From NCBI GenBank assembly GCA_049317285.1, contig JBMOIO010000003.1, positions 25,003 to 89,002 of the forward strand: 64,000 nt of DNA, written 5' to 3'. The notes under the pieces were generated by a model. It was given only the letters and a program-made list of their open reading frames with translations. It was not told the DNA's origin and ran no database searches. The stretch is from Minisyncoccia bacterium. Lineage in GTDB: Bacteria; Patescibacteriota; Minisyncoccia; Phycocordibacterales; UBA9973. This document shows positions 50,270 to 59,596 of this stretch, in pieces. A program made the position numbers and the translations under genes. Every line of letters starts with the position of its first letter. Within the stretch, counting starts at the first letter, position 1.

Positions 50270-50644
50270 TTAAATTTCCAAGAAGAGTCTTAAGTTATCA
50301 ATTGGAATAAATTTTGTTACATAACAATCTAAGCCTATATCATTTGTTGGTTCTGAAAAAAATATTGGCTTACCTTTTGCTATTGCATAACCTAGCTCAA
50401 GTTTACAGCTTGTTCCCATATAACCTTGAGGTGTAATCAAATAAACTACATCTGCCCTATCAATAGCTTCATAGTGTTCGATTGCAAGCCTTTTCTTTTC
50501 TTCAATCGTGTTAGCATCATCCTTGTTATCAGTGCTGTAGTCTAGATTTGGAAAAATTGGTTCTAGTCCAAGAGCTTCTAGCTTTGAGATTGTCTTCCGA
50601 ACTAAATCACGATATTTCATGCTACATCCTAATACTATTTTCAT
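50270..50644 (-). CDS. Nucleoside 2-deoxyribosyltransferase-like protein
   Basis: AIDRADVV...GYMGTS..LELGYAIAKGKPI. Confidence 0.75.
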   Translation of the reverse strand: MKIVLGCSMKYRDLVRKTISKLEALGLEPIFPNLDYSTDNKDDANTIEEKKRLAIEHYEAIDRADVVYLITPQGYMGTSCKLELGYAIAKGKPIFFSEPTNDIGLDCYVTKFIPIDNLRLFLEI

Positions 50645-50990
50645 AAGTGTATTTTATCACATCTTGTCGCCAATGATCTATACGCACATAGTTTCTATGA
50701 CGAAAGAACCAGTCGAACTGCTTATTGTACGACGTTACCTATTTTTCTCCTTTACAATAAAGCCCTATTCCCCTGGGGGTAAAATAGAGAGAGTGTTCAA
50801 TGATTGAGCTATCAAAATAATTAGTACCGCAATTAGGTAATTAATTCATTGCGTAGAGCCGGAGCGGAAGAGTGTGCTTAGAAGAATTGTTTAAGGTAAT
50901 AGAAAAGAGGTATCTACCCAATACCCCCTTTCCTATACTTCCCTGCTATTTTTGATTTTAGACTCAGAAAGATACCAAACTCTATAATTA

Positions 50991-51431
50991 TTAATTAGTA
51001 GACATTGGCCTGATTAAGAAGGCTAAACTTTTTGAAACCCTATCCTTTATAATTTCCTCATTTACTCTTCCTTTGGTTGCTGCGACTCTTTTTGCTTGAT
51101 ATTTAACTCCATTAGGATAAATCATATAGTGGTCGTTAACAACTATAAATAGATAAACTCCTATAACAGCACTTCTTTTATTACCATCTTCAAGTTCATG
51201 CCTTTTGGCAATTTTATAAAGTATCCTTGCTGCGACCTCATGTAGAGTACAGTCATTTTCATAACTAGAGGTATGCCTTACATAATCAATACATTCTGAA
51301 ACTACAGTGAACCATCGTGCGTCTGTGCGGGGTAAATATTTATTAATTGTATATTTTCCTTCCCTTAAGACTTGTACGAAGAGTTCGATATCTTCCTTTT
51401 CAGGATAAACAAAGTTAGTGGTTTTAGCCAT
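50991..51431 (-). CDS. Fic/Doc family toxin
   Basis: HELEDGNKRSA, Doc-type motif. Confidence 0.85.
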   Translation of the reverse strand: MAKTTNFVYPEKEDIELFVQVLREGKYTINKYLPRTDARWFTVVSECIDYVRHTSSYENDCTLHEVAARILYKIAKRHELEDGNKRSAVIGVYLFIVVNDHYMIYPNGVKYQAKRVAATKGRVNEEIIKDRVSKSLAFLIRPMSTN

Positions 51432-51588
51432 TAGAAAGTTCGCGCATTACTGTTTCAAAACGCGTTGCAAAATCCTTGGCACTTTTTTCTATATTGCGCT
51501 TTTTTGCTATTTTCTTCTCAAGCTCCTTTCGTTGTGTTCGAGCGTTAAGAATCTTAGAAACAATTGCTGTAATTCCCTTCTTTTCCAT
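51424..51588 (-). CDS. Putative 54-aa antitoxin for the Doc-like toxin (not in ORF track)
   Basis: MEKKGITAIV...KDFATRFETVMRELSNG; overlaps the toxin start by 8 nt. Confidence 0.7.
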   Translation of the reverse strand: MEKKGITAIVSKILNARTQRKELEKKIAKKRNIEKSAKDFATRFETVMRELSNG

Positions 51589-51930
51589 ATTTTAATTATA
51601 TACCATACCGCCAGTGCTAGCACCACCCCCTCTAAAATGCTAAGGAGAAATGGGACGATCGTTCACATTCGAGAAAAGATTTTATTTCACTGCGATCATA
51701 CAGCGCCTAGAGATCCTTATACACAAGTCTCTCTGAACACAAGTCTTTACAAGAAAATTTTTTTATATCACTGCGTCAAAATAACTTCTAAAAATTTAAA
51801 TAGCTACCCAATTCAATTTATAATTGAAAAGACCTTACAAGTTTTTTTGTTTTTGGCTCCTTTCTTTTTAAACAAAAATGCGTAAGTGTCTGGTCGAACA
51901 ATGTTATTAGACCAAGTGAGTACCGATCTT

Positions 51931-52071
51931 ATGGTAAATACACCTAAGACTTCGCTCCGTGGTCGAGATTCTGAAACAGGACAATTCACTACTGTTAAAG
52001 AAGCTCGCAACGAACCGAAGACTCACACTGTAGAACGAGTGCCTAAACCAGGCTTCGGCGATACTAAATAG
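51931..52071 (+). CDS. 46-aa peptide of the GRDxxTGxF..VKEA...P type
   Basis: MVNTPKTSLRGRDSETGQFTTVKEARNEPKTHTVERVPKPGFGDTK. Confidence 0.65.
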   Translation: MVNTPKTSLRGRDSETGQFTTVKEARNEPKTHTVERVPKPGFGDTK

Positions 52072-52180
52072 TATCTCTACAGGGCATCAGACCTACACGA
52101 GTTGTAGGTCTTTTGTTTTCACCTCCCTCCCACAGCATTCTGAAGAATGATATATCTTGCTATTTATATAGTACAATTCC

Positions 52181-53134
52181 CTACTCCCCACCTTGATACT
52201 GTGCGAGGCATTTGTTGAATGCGACAACTTGTTTGTTGTAGCGCGCGATTGCGGACTGGGATACTGCAAGCTGTGCGTTGTACTCGGCAACGAGCGCGTT
52301 GAAGGTAGCGACCTTTTCCTGATACTCACTGTCGTTTTGCTCCATAGCCCCAAGCTCAGCGCGAAGCGTATTAATCTTCTTTTCTTTTGCCTTTAGTGAT
52401 GTATTCAGTGCATCAATCTCCGACTTTAGTTTTTGGTCCACTATAGGACACGCACCGCGCGCAGTACCAAAGTGCTGGACAGCAAACCACACCTTTCGGC
52501 CTTGATATTGCCCCTGCGCTGCATAAATGCCGATTTCAAGATAGCTCTCACTGACAATATTTGCACGGTGCCCCGGACTATCCATCCATGCCTGCAAAAG
52601 ATCGTTTGCACCGGAGAAATTTCCGAGCGCGAGGTTTTCTCCCATGATCACATAGTCATATCCCACCTGTGTCCCCAAGTCCGAGACGGAAACACCCTGT
52701 GGCGAGACATGTTCGAAATACCCCTGCTTAATCATGTCATCGGTTTTTAGTTTTGCAGAGGCAGCGAGCTTTGTATTTGTCAAAAGCGGGGGCAAGCCAA
52801 GCTTGATGCGCTCCCTATTTGTCGCGTCGACAATATTGGCGGCAGTGAGCGAGTCGTCGTTTTTTGGTGCAGTTTCTTTCTTTGGAGAAATAACATCAAT
52901 CACGACTTGTGCTGCACTCCCAATCGTACTGAGCGGTGCAGCATCTTGAATCGGATCCTTTATTTCTTCCTGAGGCTTTGTCTCTGAATTAATCGACGGG
53001 AGATAACTTGAAAAACTACTTGCTCCAGAGAGAATCGTTTCAGCAACGTCCCTCACCTGAGTCGGCAAAAGAATGGCAAGCATGAGTAGCCCCGTGAGTC
53101 CCATAATACATACTGAAAGGATTGATCTTAACAT
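52181..53134 (-). CDS. CAP/SCP-domain secreted protein with coiled-coil tail
   Basis: TNRER, YFEH.SP, GENLA, WMDSPGHRANI. Confidence 0.92.
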   Translation of the reverse strand: MLRSILSVCIMGLTGLLMLAILLPTQVRDVAETILSGASSFSSYLPSINSETKPQEEIKDPIQDAAPLSTIGSAAQVVIDVISPKKETAPKNDDSLTAANIVDATNRERIKLGLPPLLTNTKLAASAKLKTDDMIKQGYFEHVSPQGVSVSDLGTQVGYDYVIMGENLALGNFSGANDLLQAWMDSPGHRANIVSESYLEIGIYAAQGQYQGRKVWFAVQHFGTARGACPIVDQKLKSEIDALNTSLKAKEKKINTLRAELGAMEQNDSEYQEKVATFNALVAEYNAQLAVSQSAIARYNKQVVAFNKCLAQYQGGE

Positions 53135-53493
53135 GATGATATTCGCGTATACCCTTGGAGCTGTGCGTCTTCGGCATCCTTAAACCAAATATAGTTCTCG
53201 GGCTTGATGCGACTGACCCCGGAGCAATTCGGAGGGTAGTATTTTGTGCCGTTTTTTGAGCCGACAAATGCGCCAGTTGTGGGCTTTTCGCTCTCCATTG
53301 TTATAGCATTCTGGGAGAGTCGCGCAACCGGTATCGTGAGCTCTGAGAGGACGTCTGGGGTACACGAAAGCACTACCGATGGAGTCTGCTGCTGTTTTCC
53401 TGTCAAAAAGCCCATAAAAAAGGCCAGTGTCAGCATGCCAATGAGAAGTATGGTGAAAAGCGTGCGATAGTGCCGAATCAGGAAATTGCTCAC
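53128..53493 (-). CDS. Membrane-anchored protein with Ada-like metal-binding domain
   Basis: TM, then [11 protein letters not shown]...C...I..EN..WF....A...GY. Confidence 0.75.
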   Translation of the reverse strand: MSNFLIRHYRTLFTILLIGMLTLAFFMGFLTGKQQQTPSVVLSCTPDVLSELTIPVARLSQNAITMESEKPTTGAFVGSKNGTKYYPPNCSGVSRIKPENYIWFKDAEDAQLQGYTRISSC

Positions 53494-53562
53494 TATTCCC
53501 TAGTATATCCTACTCTCTCCGGGATTGACATTTCGGGGGCCTCGGGCTATCATGTACCCACT

Positions 53563-53847
53563 ATGGCACATAAGAAAGCCCAAGGAGCGGCAAAAAACCT
53601 AAACGATTCCAACCCACAATATCTGGGTACAAAACTCTACGACGGCCAGGTAGCAAAGGCTGGTTCTGTTATCGTGCGTCAGCGCGGTACTAAAATCATG
53701 GCCGGAAAGGATGTTGGCCTTGGAAAAGACCACACTCTCTACGCTCTGAAGCCTGGATTTGTGAAATTCACCAACAAGCGCAAAGACAACTTCGACGGTA
53801 CAACTACCGTTCGCAAGATGGCAAACATTCTCGCAGAACGCGCATAA
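53563..53847 (+). CDS. rpmA: 50S ribosomal protein L27
   Basis: [22 protein letters not shown]. Confidence 0.97.
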   Translation: MAHKKAQGAAKNLNDSNPQYLGTKLYDGQVAKAGSVIVRQRGTKIMAGKDVGLGKDHTLYALKPGFVKFTNKRKDNFDGTTTVRKMANILAERA

Positions 53848-53878
53848 TAAAAAACTCCCTACGGGGAGTTTTTTATTT

Positions 53879-54358
53879 CTAATCTACTAGGTCATCAAAA
53901 TTTACTCGAATACAGCTCCATCCGCCCGGCTCATAGCAACTGAGGTCATTGTTGGGCTTTGTTTCGTAGTGGAAAAGCAGTCGGTATCCATGGGCATTCT
54001 TTTCGTGGCGGTACTGCAAAGAGCAATTATAGCTCATATCATTGGGGTAGTCCGAAAGAAACCCTTCATCAACCAATGGCTTCATGAAGGTATTACTGGT
54101 TAATGAAGACCCTCTGAAGCCGGCGCAGTCTATCCCCCATGCAGTCTGCTCCCAGAGAACATATTGCCCGTATTTATCATAATAAAGTTCGAGAGCTGTT
54201 TCAACAGCCTTCATTTCTGCAATCTTCTTTGCATCACGCGCTTTTGCACGAGCACTATTAAGTGATGCCAAAACAACAGATGCCAAAATGCCGATGACTG
54301 CAATCACTACGAGGAGTTCTATAAGAGTGAAGCCTTTTCGTCTCTGTTTGTTGCACAT
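53879..54358 (-). CDS. Type IV pilin-like protein
   Basis: KGFTLIELLVVIAVIGILASVV N-methylation motif. Confidence 0.92.
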   Translation of the reverse strand: MCNKQRRKGFTLIELLVVIAVIGILASVVLASLNSARAKARDAKKIAEMKAVETALELYYDKYGQYVLWEQTAWGIDCAGFRGSSLTSNTFMKPLVDEGFLSDYPNDMSYNCSLQYRHEKNAHGYRLLFHYETKPNNDLSCYEPGGWSCIRVNFDDLVD

Positions 54359-54360
54359 AA

Positions 54361-54828
54361 TTAATTGACTGCAGTTGTATTTTGCTTAATGCAGTTCCAT
54401 CCCCCTAAAGCATAGCATGTCAGATCATTGTTGGGTTTTGTTTCGTACTGAAAGATAAGTCGATATCCTTGGCCAAAATTTGCATCCCGGTACTGCATGA
54501 TACAGTCCACAGGCTTTGGGTCCATCAACGGCTTTCCGAGAAATCCTTCGTCCACCAATGGCTTCATGAAGGTGTCAGTTCCAACCAAAATACCGTTCCA
54601 ACTAGAGCAGTCGCGCCCTCCTACTGTCGTGTACACAGGATAGTACCCGTATTTATCGTAATACAATTCGAGCGCAGTAGCTACTTGTTTGATATCTGCC
54701 AATCGCCGTGCATCACGCGCCTTTGCCCGGGCTGAGTTTAAAGACGCCATAACTACTGAAGCGAGAATACCGATAACTGCGATGACGACAAGGAGTTCTA
54801 TTAACGTAAAACCCTTTTTATAATTCAT
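54361..54828 (-). CDS. Type IV pilin-like protein
   Basis: KGFTLIELLVVIAVIGILASVV. Confidence 0.92.
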   Translation of the reverse strand: MNYKKGFTLIELLVVIAVIGILASVVMASLNSARAKARDARRLADIKQVATALELYYDKYGYYPVYTTVGGRDCSSWNGILVGTDTFMKPLVDEGFLGKPLMDPKPVDCIMQYRDANFGQGYRLIFQYETKPNNDLTCYALGGWNCIKQNTTAVN

Positions 54829-55338
54829 TTAGTTAATATATAAAACACACTCTACATAATTAGACTCCACAGCCCACACTTTTCCCCCACTGCATGAAGT
54901 GCTTGTTAACGGGGGCTCTGTTGCCCAGTTCAACAAGTGCCCAGCCGGTGCAGGAGAACCATCATAGGGCGTAGTACCTCCGGGGAAATTAAGGAAATAC
55001 AAATAGCCTCCCCGAGCCCGCCCTCCAACAGGGTCGCTTGGCCATGTCGGCATATACGGAGCAAGCCACGCATCAACCGTCGCATTTCTTGCATAGTTGC
55101 TCCATGATTCGTAGCACGTTGCGCTGATACAATGCTCTGCGGCTACAGAAGGAACCGTCCCCGTGTCATTAATTGCCATTTGAAACGCAAGCATTATTTG
55201 TTTTACATCGCTTGCCCGGCGAGCATTGCGCCCCTTCGCTCGCGCTGAATTCAATGAAGCAAGAACGACACTTGCGAGAATGCCAATGACTGCGATGACT
55301 ACGAGGAGTTCAATGAGGGTGAAGCCGCGGTTTTTCAT
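54829..55338 (-). CDS. Type IV pilin-like protein
   Basis: RGFTLIELLVVIAVIGILASVV. Confidence 0.92.
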   Translation of the reverse strand: MKNRGFTLIELLVVIAVIGILASVVLASLNSARAKGRNARRASDVKQIMLAFQMAINDTGTVPSVAAEHCISATCYESWSNYARNATVDAWLAPYMPTWPSDPVGGRARGGYLYFLNFPGGTTPYDGSPAPAGHLLNWATEPPLTSTSCSGGKVWAVESNYVECVLYIN

Positions 55339-55339
55339 A

Positions 55340-55786
55340 CTACTCCCCTACTATGCTTACTGAAAATGATGATTTATATTTCCCATCCGTAACCGTGACA
55401 GTATACGTGCCCGCATGTTTGATTGGGGCGCCCTCGAGTGTCATGAGCTTTGCATCCACTGCAATGCGGTACTGCTTCAAAAGCTCCGCACTAATATCCT
55501 CGACATCCACTTTTGAAAAAAGACTCCCCTTTTCATTTGCTTTTGCCTTGTACACCAGCGCCTTACCCTCTAGCTCGCCAATGGCGCGGTCAAGCAAATT
55601 GTGCTGAATTTCTTTCTCGGCAACCTTATGCTGAGTACGAGCCTTGCTATTAGCGATAGCAGCATCAGTTGCAGGGATTGCAAGCTTATTGGGAAACAGC
55701 GCATTGGCCGCATAGCCCTGGTTTACTTCGACAACATCGTCTTTTTTTCCGAGTTTTGAAACAGTTTTGAGGAGGATTACTTTCAT
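55340..55786 (-). CDS. rplI: 50S ribosomal protein L9
   Basis: MKVILL..V.KLG...DVVEV..GYA.N.LFP. Confidence 0.96.
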   Translation of the reverse strand: MKVILLKTVSKLGKKDDVVEVNQGYAANALFPNKLAIPATDAAIANSKARTQHKVAEKEIQHNLLDRAIGELEGKALVYKAKANEKGSLFSKVDVEDISAELLKQYRIAVDAKLMTLEGAPIKHAGTYTVTVTDGKYKSSFSVSIVGE

Positions 55787-55798
55787 AGCGATACTGTA

Positions 55799-57034
55799 TT
55801 ATTTAAATAGTTGTAGTGCACTCTTAAGCTGTGTATCTGTACTGCTTTCCGGATTGTACGGAATAACCACACTCGGGGTCAAGCCGTTGTCGGAAATCGA
55901 TACTCCCTTTGGCGTATACCACTTGGCAACCGTTACCTTCATAGAGGTGTCGCTCGTAATCGGGATCACTTCCTGTACAGAACCCTTTCCATACGTCTGT
56001 GTCCCCACAAGGGTCCCTATGCCATGTTCTGAGAGCGCGCCAGCCAATATCTCTGATGCAGAAGCCGAACCCTTGTCCACAAGAACAATCAATTGATGCT
56101 TTTTTGGGAAAAGCATTAACCCTGAACTCCTATGGACAACAACGTCGCCTTCGGACTTACCAATCTCTTTTACAATCACCTCACCGCTTGGGATAAACCA
56201 GCTTCCGATAGAAACGGCCGCATCGAGATATCCGCCCGGATTTCCGCGCAAGTCCAGGAGAAGTTTATTGTTTCCTGATGCACTGTATTGCTCAAGTGCT
56301 TGCTTAAACTGTCCGACTGACTGAGCCGAAAAGTTGTACAGGTGAACAACAAAGACGCCGTCAATCGTTTCGGTTTCAACAGTGGGAAGCGTGATAGTGC
56401 TTCGGGTCAGCTCATATACTTTAGGTTCGGTAAATCCTTCACGGAAAATAGTCAACGCAATAGTCGTGCCGTTTTCTCCTCGAATCAATTTAATCGCATC
56501 ATCAATACCCATCTCTGTCGTGATAGTCTCTGCAATTTTTATAATTTTGTCGCCAGGAAGAATACCGGCTTTGTCAGCGGGAGTATTTTTCAAAGGAGCA
56601 ATGACAGTGAGAATGTCATCTTTCTCTCCAAGCTCAATACCGACTCCTGAAAACGCACCATTGATTTCTGTTTCAAAAATCGTATTTTCGGACGGTGTGA
56701 AAAAGGTAGTATACGGGTCATCAAATGAAGCGAGCATGCCTTTGATAGCGCCGTACATGCGGTCGGCGTTTGTTGTGTTGTCGGCACCAGGGAATTTCTC
56801 ATCCACTGCACGCCAGGCTTTCCAAAACGCATTAAAATCTGTTTCTGCTGCAATAGTAGTCGTTTCTTTATTGAAAAGTCCTGTTACTTTCTGTACAGAA
56901 GGACGGTTTTCAAAACCCACATAGATACCAGCGAGAAATACTATAATGCCGAAAATGATCGTGCCAAAAATGCGCACTCCGGTTTGCACATGTGGTGCAT
57001 GTTCTACTGTTCCCTCTTTTAAATTATTGTCCAT
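55799..57034 (-). CDS. ctpA: S41 carboxy-terminal processing protease
   Basis: DPYT, PDZ GVGI, DLRGNPGG, SASASEI, TYGKGSVQ. Confidence 0.93.
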   Translation of the reverse strand: MDNNLKEGTVEHAPHVQTGVRIFGTIIFGIIVFLAGIYVGFENRPSVQKVTGLFNKETTTIAAETDFNAFWKAWRAVDEKFPGADNTTNADRMYGAIKGMLASFDDPYTTFFTPSENTIFETEINGAFSGVGIELGEKDDILTVIAPLKNTPADKAGILPGDKIIKIAETITTEMGIDDAIKLIRGENGTTIALTIFREGFTEPKVYELTRSTITLPTVETETIDGVFVVHLYNFSAQSVGQFKQALEQYSASGNNKLLLDLRGNPGGYLDAAVSIGSWFIPSGEVIVKEIGKSEGDVVVHRSSGLMLFPKKHQLIVLVDKGSASASEILAGALSEHGIGTLVGTQTYGKGSVQEVIPITSDTSMKVTVAKWYTPKGVSISDNGLTPSVVIPYNPESSTDTQLKSALQLFK

Positions 57035-57212
57035 ATTCTTTGAGCTTCAATCGAAGAAGGCGATACTCTTTGCGAAGAGTAACTGCAAGGGCTATAAGAG
57101 CAACACCAATAACAAGTGCGCTGGTCATTTTCCAACTATCGGGAATACCAATAAAAGAAATACACAGTGTGATTATGCCCAACCAAAAGAGTATTCGTAA
57201 CTTGCTCAACAT
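57024..57212 (-). CDS. Small two-TM membrane protein
   Basis: Overlaps the rsmI stop and ctpA start. Confidence 0.7.
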   Translation of the reverse strand: MLSKLRILFWLGIITLCISFIGIPDSWKMTSALVIGVALIALAVTLRKEYRLLRLKLKEYGQ

Positions 57213-57940
57213 TACTCTATTGTATCAGATGAGCTGGAGCTATGGTAGGGAGTGTTGTACGACGGCGACACAACAATGACAAATTCTCCGCGAACTTTTT
57301 CGGCATTGTCCAGATAGTAGTCCAACAACTCTTGTGCTGTCCCTATCGGATATTCCTCAAAGCTTTTTGTCATCTCGCGGCCGACCATTACGAGCCGATC
57401 TCCCAAGACAGAAGCTAAGGCTTCCAGTGTTTTCAAAATGCGGTGCGGCGACTCGTACATGGCAACGGTATGCTCTGTTTGTGCAATAGTAGAAAACAGT
57501 GTTTGGCGCCCCTTTTTATGGGGAACAAAGCCGATGAATTCAAAATGGTTTCCAGGAAATCCCGAGACACAAAGCGCTGCAACTACGGCCGAAACACCAG
57601 GAATTGGGACCACTGTAGCCTCGGAGTATGCTCTGCGAAATTCCTGAACAAACAGTGAGCCTGGGTCTGAAATAGCGGGCGTGCCAGCATCTGTCACCAG
57701 AGCGATTGTCTCGTGACCAGTACATGCCTCCAGAGCCTTCTGAAGCGCCCCAGGAGTGCTTTGTGCATGAGAAGAGAGGTAGTGCTTCCCTCCGAGCGGA
57801 ATCTCTAAAAGCGTGAGCAGTTTTTTGATACTGCGAGTATCTTCTGCAAGAATAAGAGTCGCGTTTTCAAGCACTTCTTTTGCGCGAAGCGTGATATCTT
57901 TCAAGTTCCCTATTGGGGTTGCGACAATACTGAGCACCAT
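57212..57940 (-). CDS. rsmI: 16S rRNA C1402 2'-O-methyltransferase
   Basis: VATPIGNL.DIT, AEDTR, DAGTPAISDPG, YESPHR, REMTK. Confidence 0.96.
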   Translation of the reverse strand: MVLSIVATPIGNLKDITLRAKEVLENATLILAEDTRSIKKLLTLLEIPLGGKHYLSSHAQSTPGALQKALEACTGHETIALVTDAGTPAISDPGSLFVQEFRRAYSEATVVPIPGVSAVVAALCVSGFPGNHFEFIGFVPHKKGRQTLFSTIAQTEHTVAMYESPHRILKTLEALASVLGDRLVMVGREMTKSFEEYPIGTAQELLDYYLDNAEKVRGEFVIVVSPSYNTPYHSSSSSDTIE

Positions 57941-58030
57941 ATACCCCCTATCCTACCCTACTCTTGACGGATTGTAAATAAATGGCGGAGAATAAAATTC
58001 GTAGCCTCTCTTATAATGAGAAAGTTTTAG

Positions 58031-58058
58031 TTGAAAAAACTCCAGAATTTGGTATAGT
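58031..58058 (+). promoter_or_regulatory. tRNA promoter
   Basis: TTGAAA-16-TATAGT with TG extension. Confidence 0.6.
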
Positions 58059-58067
58059 AAACCCCAC

Positions 58068-58112
58068 GCGTGCATAGTTCAGTGTAACGTTGTCTGATGT
58101 AAGAAAGAGACC
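58068..58112 (+). pseudogene. Degenerate 5' copy of tRNA-Ile
   Basis: 17-nt exact match to the tRNA 5' end, then decayed similarity through the anticodon arm. Confidence 0.7.
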
Positions 58113-58140
58113 TTTTCCAAATTTAGAGTAAATACCCAAT

Positions 58141-58215
58141 GCGTGCATAGTTCAGTGGTAGAACGCTGTCCTGATAAGACAGAGGTCCATGGTCCGATTC
58201 CATGTGCACGCACCA
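58141..58215 (+). tRNA. tRNA-Ile(GAT)
   Basis: Acceptor GCGTGCA/TGCACGC, anticodon arm CTGTC-CTGATAA-GACAG, T-arm CATGG/CCATG, encoded CCA. Confidence 0.95.
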
Positions 58216-58249
58216 ATATAAAAACACCCCTATATGTATGGGGATGTTT

Positions 58250-59221
58250 TTATTCCTCCTCTTCTTCCCCTTCTCCCACTTCCCCGCTCTGTACAGCTTC
58301 AATGATCTTATCCATCTTGCCTAAAAGCACGCCTTCAATATTGGACCAGTTTTGGCGAATGCGGTGGTCAGTGATGCGGTCCTGCGGGAAATTGTAGGTG
58401 CGGATCTTTTCACTGCGGTCCGCGGTACCGATTTGGCTTTTACGGTCCCCTGCGTACTGCTTTGCTTCTGCTTCCTCTTCGATCTGCTGAAGCTTCGCTG
58501 TCAAAATAGCAAACGCTTTTTCTCGGTTGCCGAGCTGTGTTCGCTCGGAAGTGGAGCGGACATCAATACCGGTCGGCTTGTGAATCAGACGCACCGCTGT
58601 TTCCACCTTGTTGACGTTTTGTCCGCCCGCACCGCCTGAGCGCGAATACTCCATCTCAAGGTCGGCTGGATTGATTTCAAAATTCACCTTCTTTCGAATC
58701 GGTAAAATAGCGATCGATGCAGTCGAGGTGTGGATACGGCCGTTTTTCTCTGTGGCCGGCACGCGCTGTACGCGATGCACTCCTGTTTCAAAGCGAAGCA
58801 TTTTGTATACATCCTTCCCTTTTATTTCAATCGAAGCGGTCTTGTACCCACCCAAATCATTCATAGACTCATCAATCACCCGCACTTGCCAGCCACTGAG
58901 CTCTGCAAAGCGCGTATACATCTGGACGAGCTGATACGCAAAGAGTGCTGCTTCATCGCCCCCGGCTCCGGCGCGAGCTTCCAAAATAATTTCATTAGGA
59001 AATTCCTCTTCTTCTTTTTCAGACGCTTCAATCGCCTTCACTTGGTCTTCAAATGCTTTCTTCTGCACTTCGATTGAAGCGATCTCTTCGGAAGCCATTT
59101 CCGCCATAGACGGATCAGTATCAGCGAGCGCACGAACTTCTTCCTCCGCTTTCAAAAGACGCTCGTATTCCTCGGCAATATATTGGGTCTTGTTATTCTT
59201 TTTTAATGCTTCGATATCCAT
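58250..59221 (-). CDS. prfA: Peptide chain release factor 1
   Basis: QRVPATE (PxT), [12 protein letters not shown]. Confidence 0.96.
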   Translation of the reverse strand: MDIEALKKNNKTQYIAEEYERLLKAEEEVRALADTDPSMAEMASEEIASIEVQKKAFEDQVKAIEASEKEEEEFPNEIILEARAGAGGDEAALFAYQLVQMYTRFAELSGWQVRVIDESMNDLGGYKTASIEIKGKDVYKMLRFETGVHRVQRVPATEKNGRIHTSTASIAILPIRKKVNFEINPADLEMEYSRSGGAGGQNVNKVETAVRLIHKPTGIDVRSTSERTQLGNREKAFAILTAKLQQIEEEAEAKQYAGDRKSQIGTADRSEKIRTYNFPQDRITDHRIRQNWSNIEGVLLGKMDKIIEAVQSGEVGEGEEEEE

Positions 59222-59281
59222 AGGTATATTCAGTGTAGCAGACATACAAAAACACCTTCAAAAGGTGTTTTTGTGGAGTAG

Positions 59282-59539
59282 TTATTTCTTTGCAACAGTA
59301 GCAGCGCGGCGCTTGTTGAAGCGATCTACGCGTCCAGCAGTGTCGATCACCTTTTCTGTTCCTGTATAGAACGGATGTGACGCACTTGAGATTTCAACGC
59401 GAAAGAGCGGATATTCAGCACCCTTATAGGTAGTGGTTTCTGTTGTCTTTACGGTTGAGCTCACGAGGAAGTCAGTCCCTGACGAGTTGTCATGGAATAC
59501 TACATCACGAAAGGTTTTTGGGTGAATGTCTTTCTTCAT
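59282..59539 (-). CDS. rpmE2: 50S ribosomal protein L31, type B (Cys-free)
   Basis: [25 protein letters not shown]. Confidence 0.95.
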   Translation of the reverse strand: MKKDIHPKTFRDVVFHDNSSGTDFLVSSTVKTTETTTYKGAEYPLFRVEISSASHPFYTGTEKVIDTAGRVDRFNKRRAATVAKK

Positions 59540-59596
59540 AGGAGGGTATTATAGCATAAGGCCAGTTTTTTTTCAAGGGTGTGCTTTCTTGCCCTT

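Noticed and set aside
51612-51626. CIRCE-like GTGCTAGCAC
   Set aside because: No 9-nt spacer, arms in the wrong order, and not upstream of a chaperone gene
49821-52100. Intact prophage or integron
   Set aside because: No integrase, terminase ATPase or capsid gene, and no attC-like sites
53879-55338. Diversity-generating retroelement or shufflon acting on the pilins
   Set aside because: No reverse transcriptase or invertase, and no adenine-specific template/variable repeat pair seen
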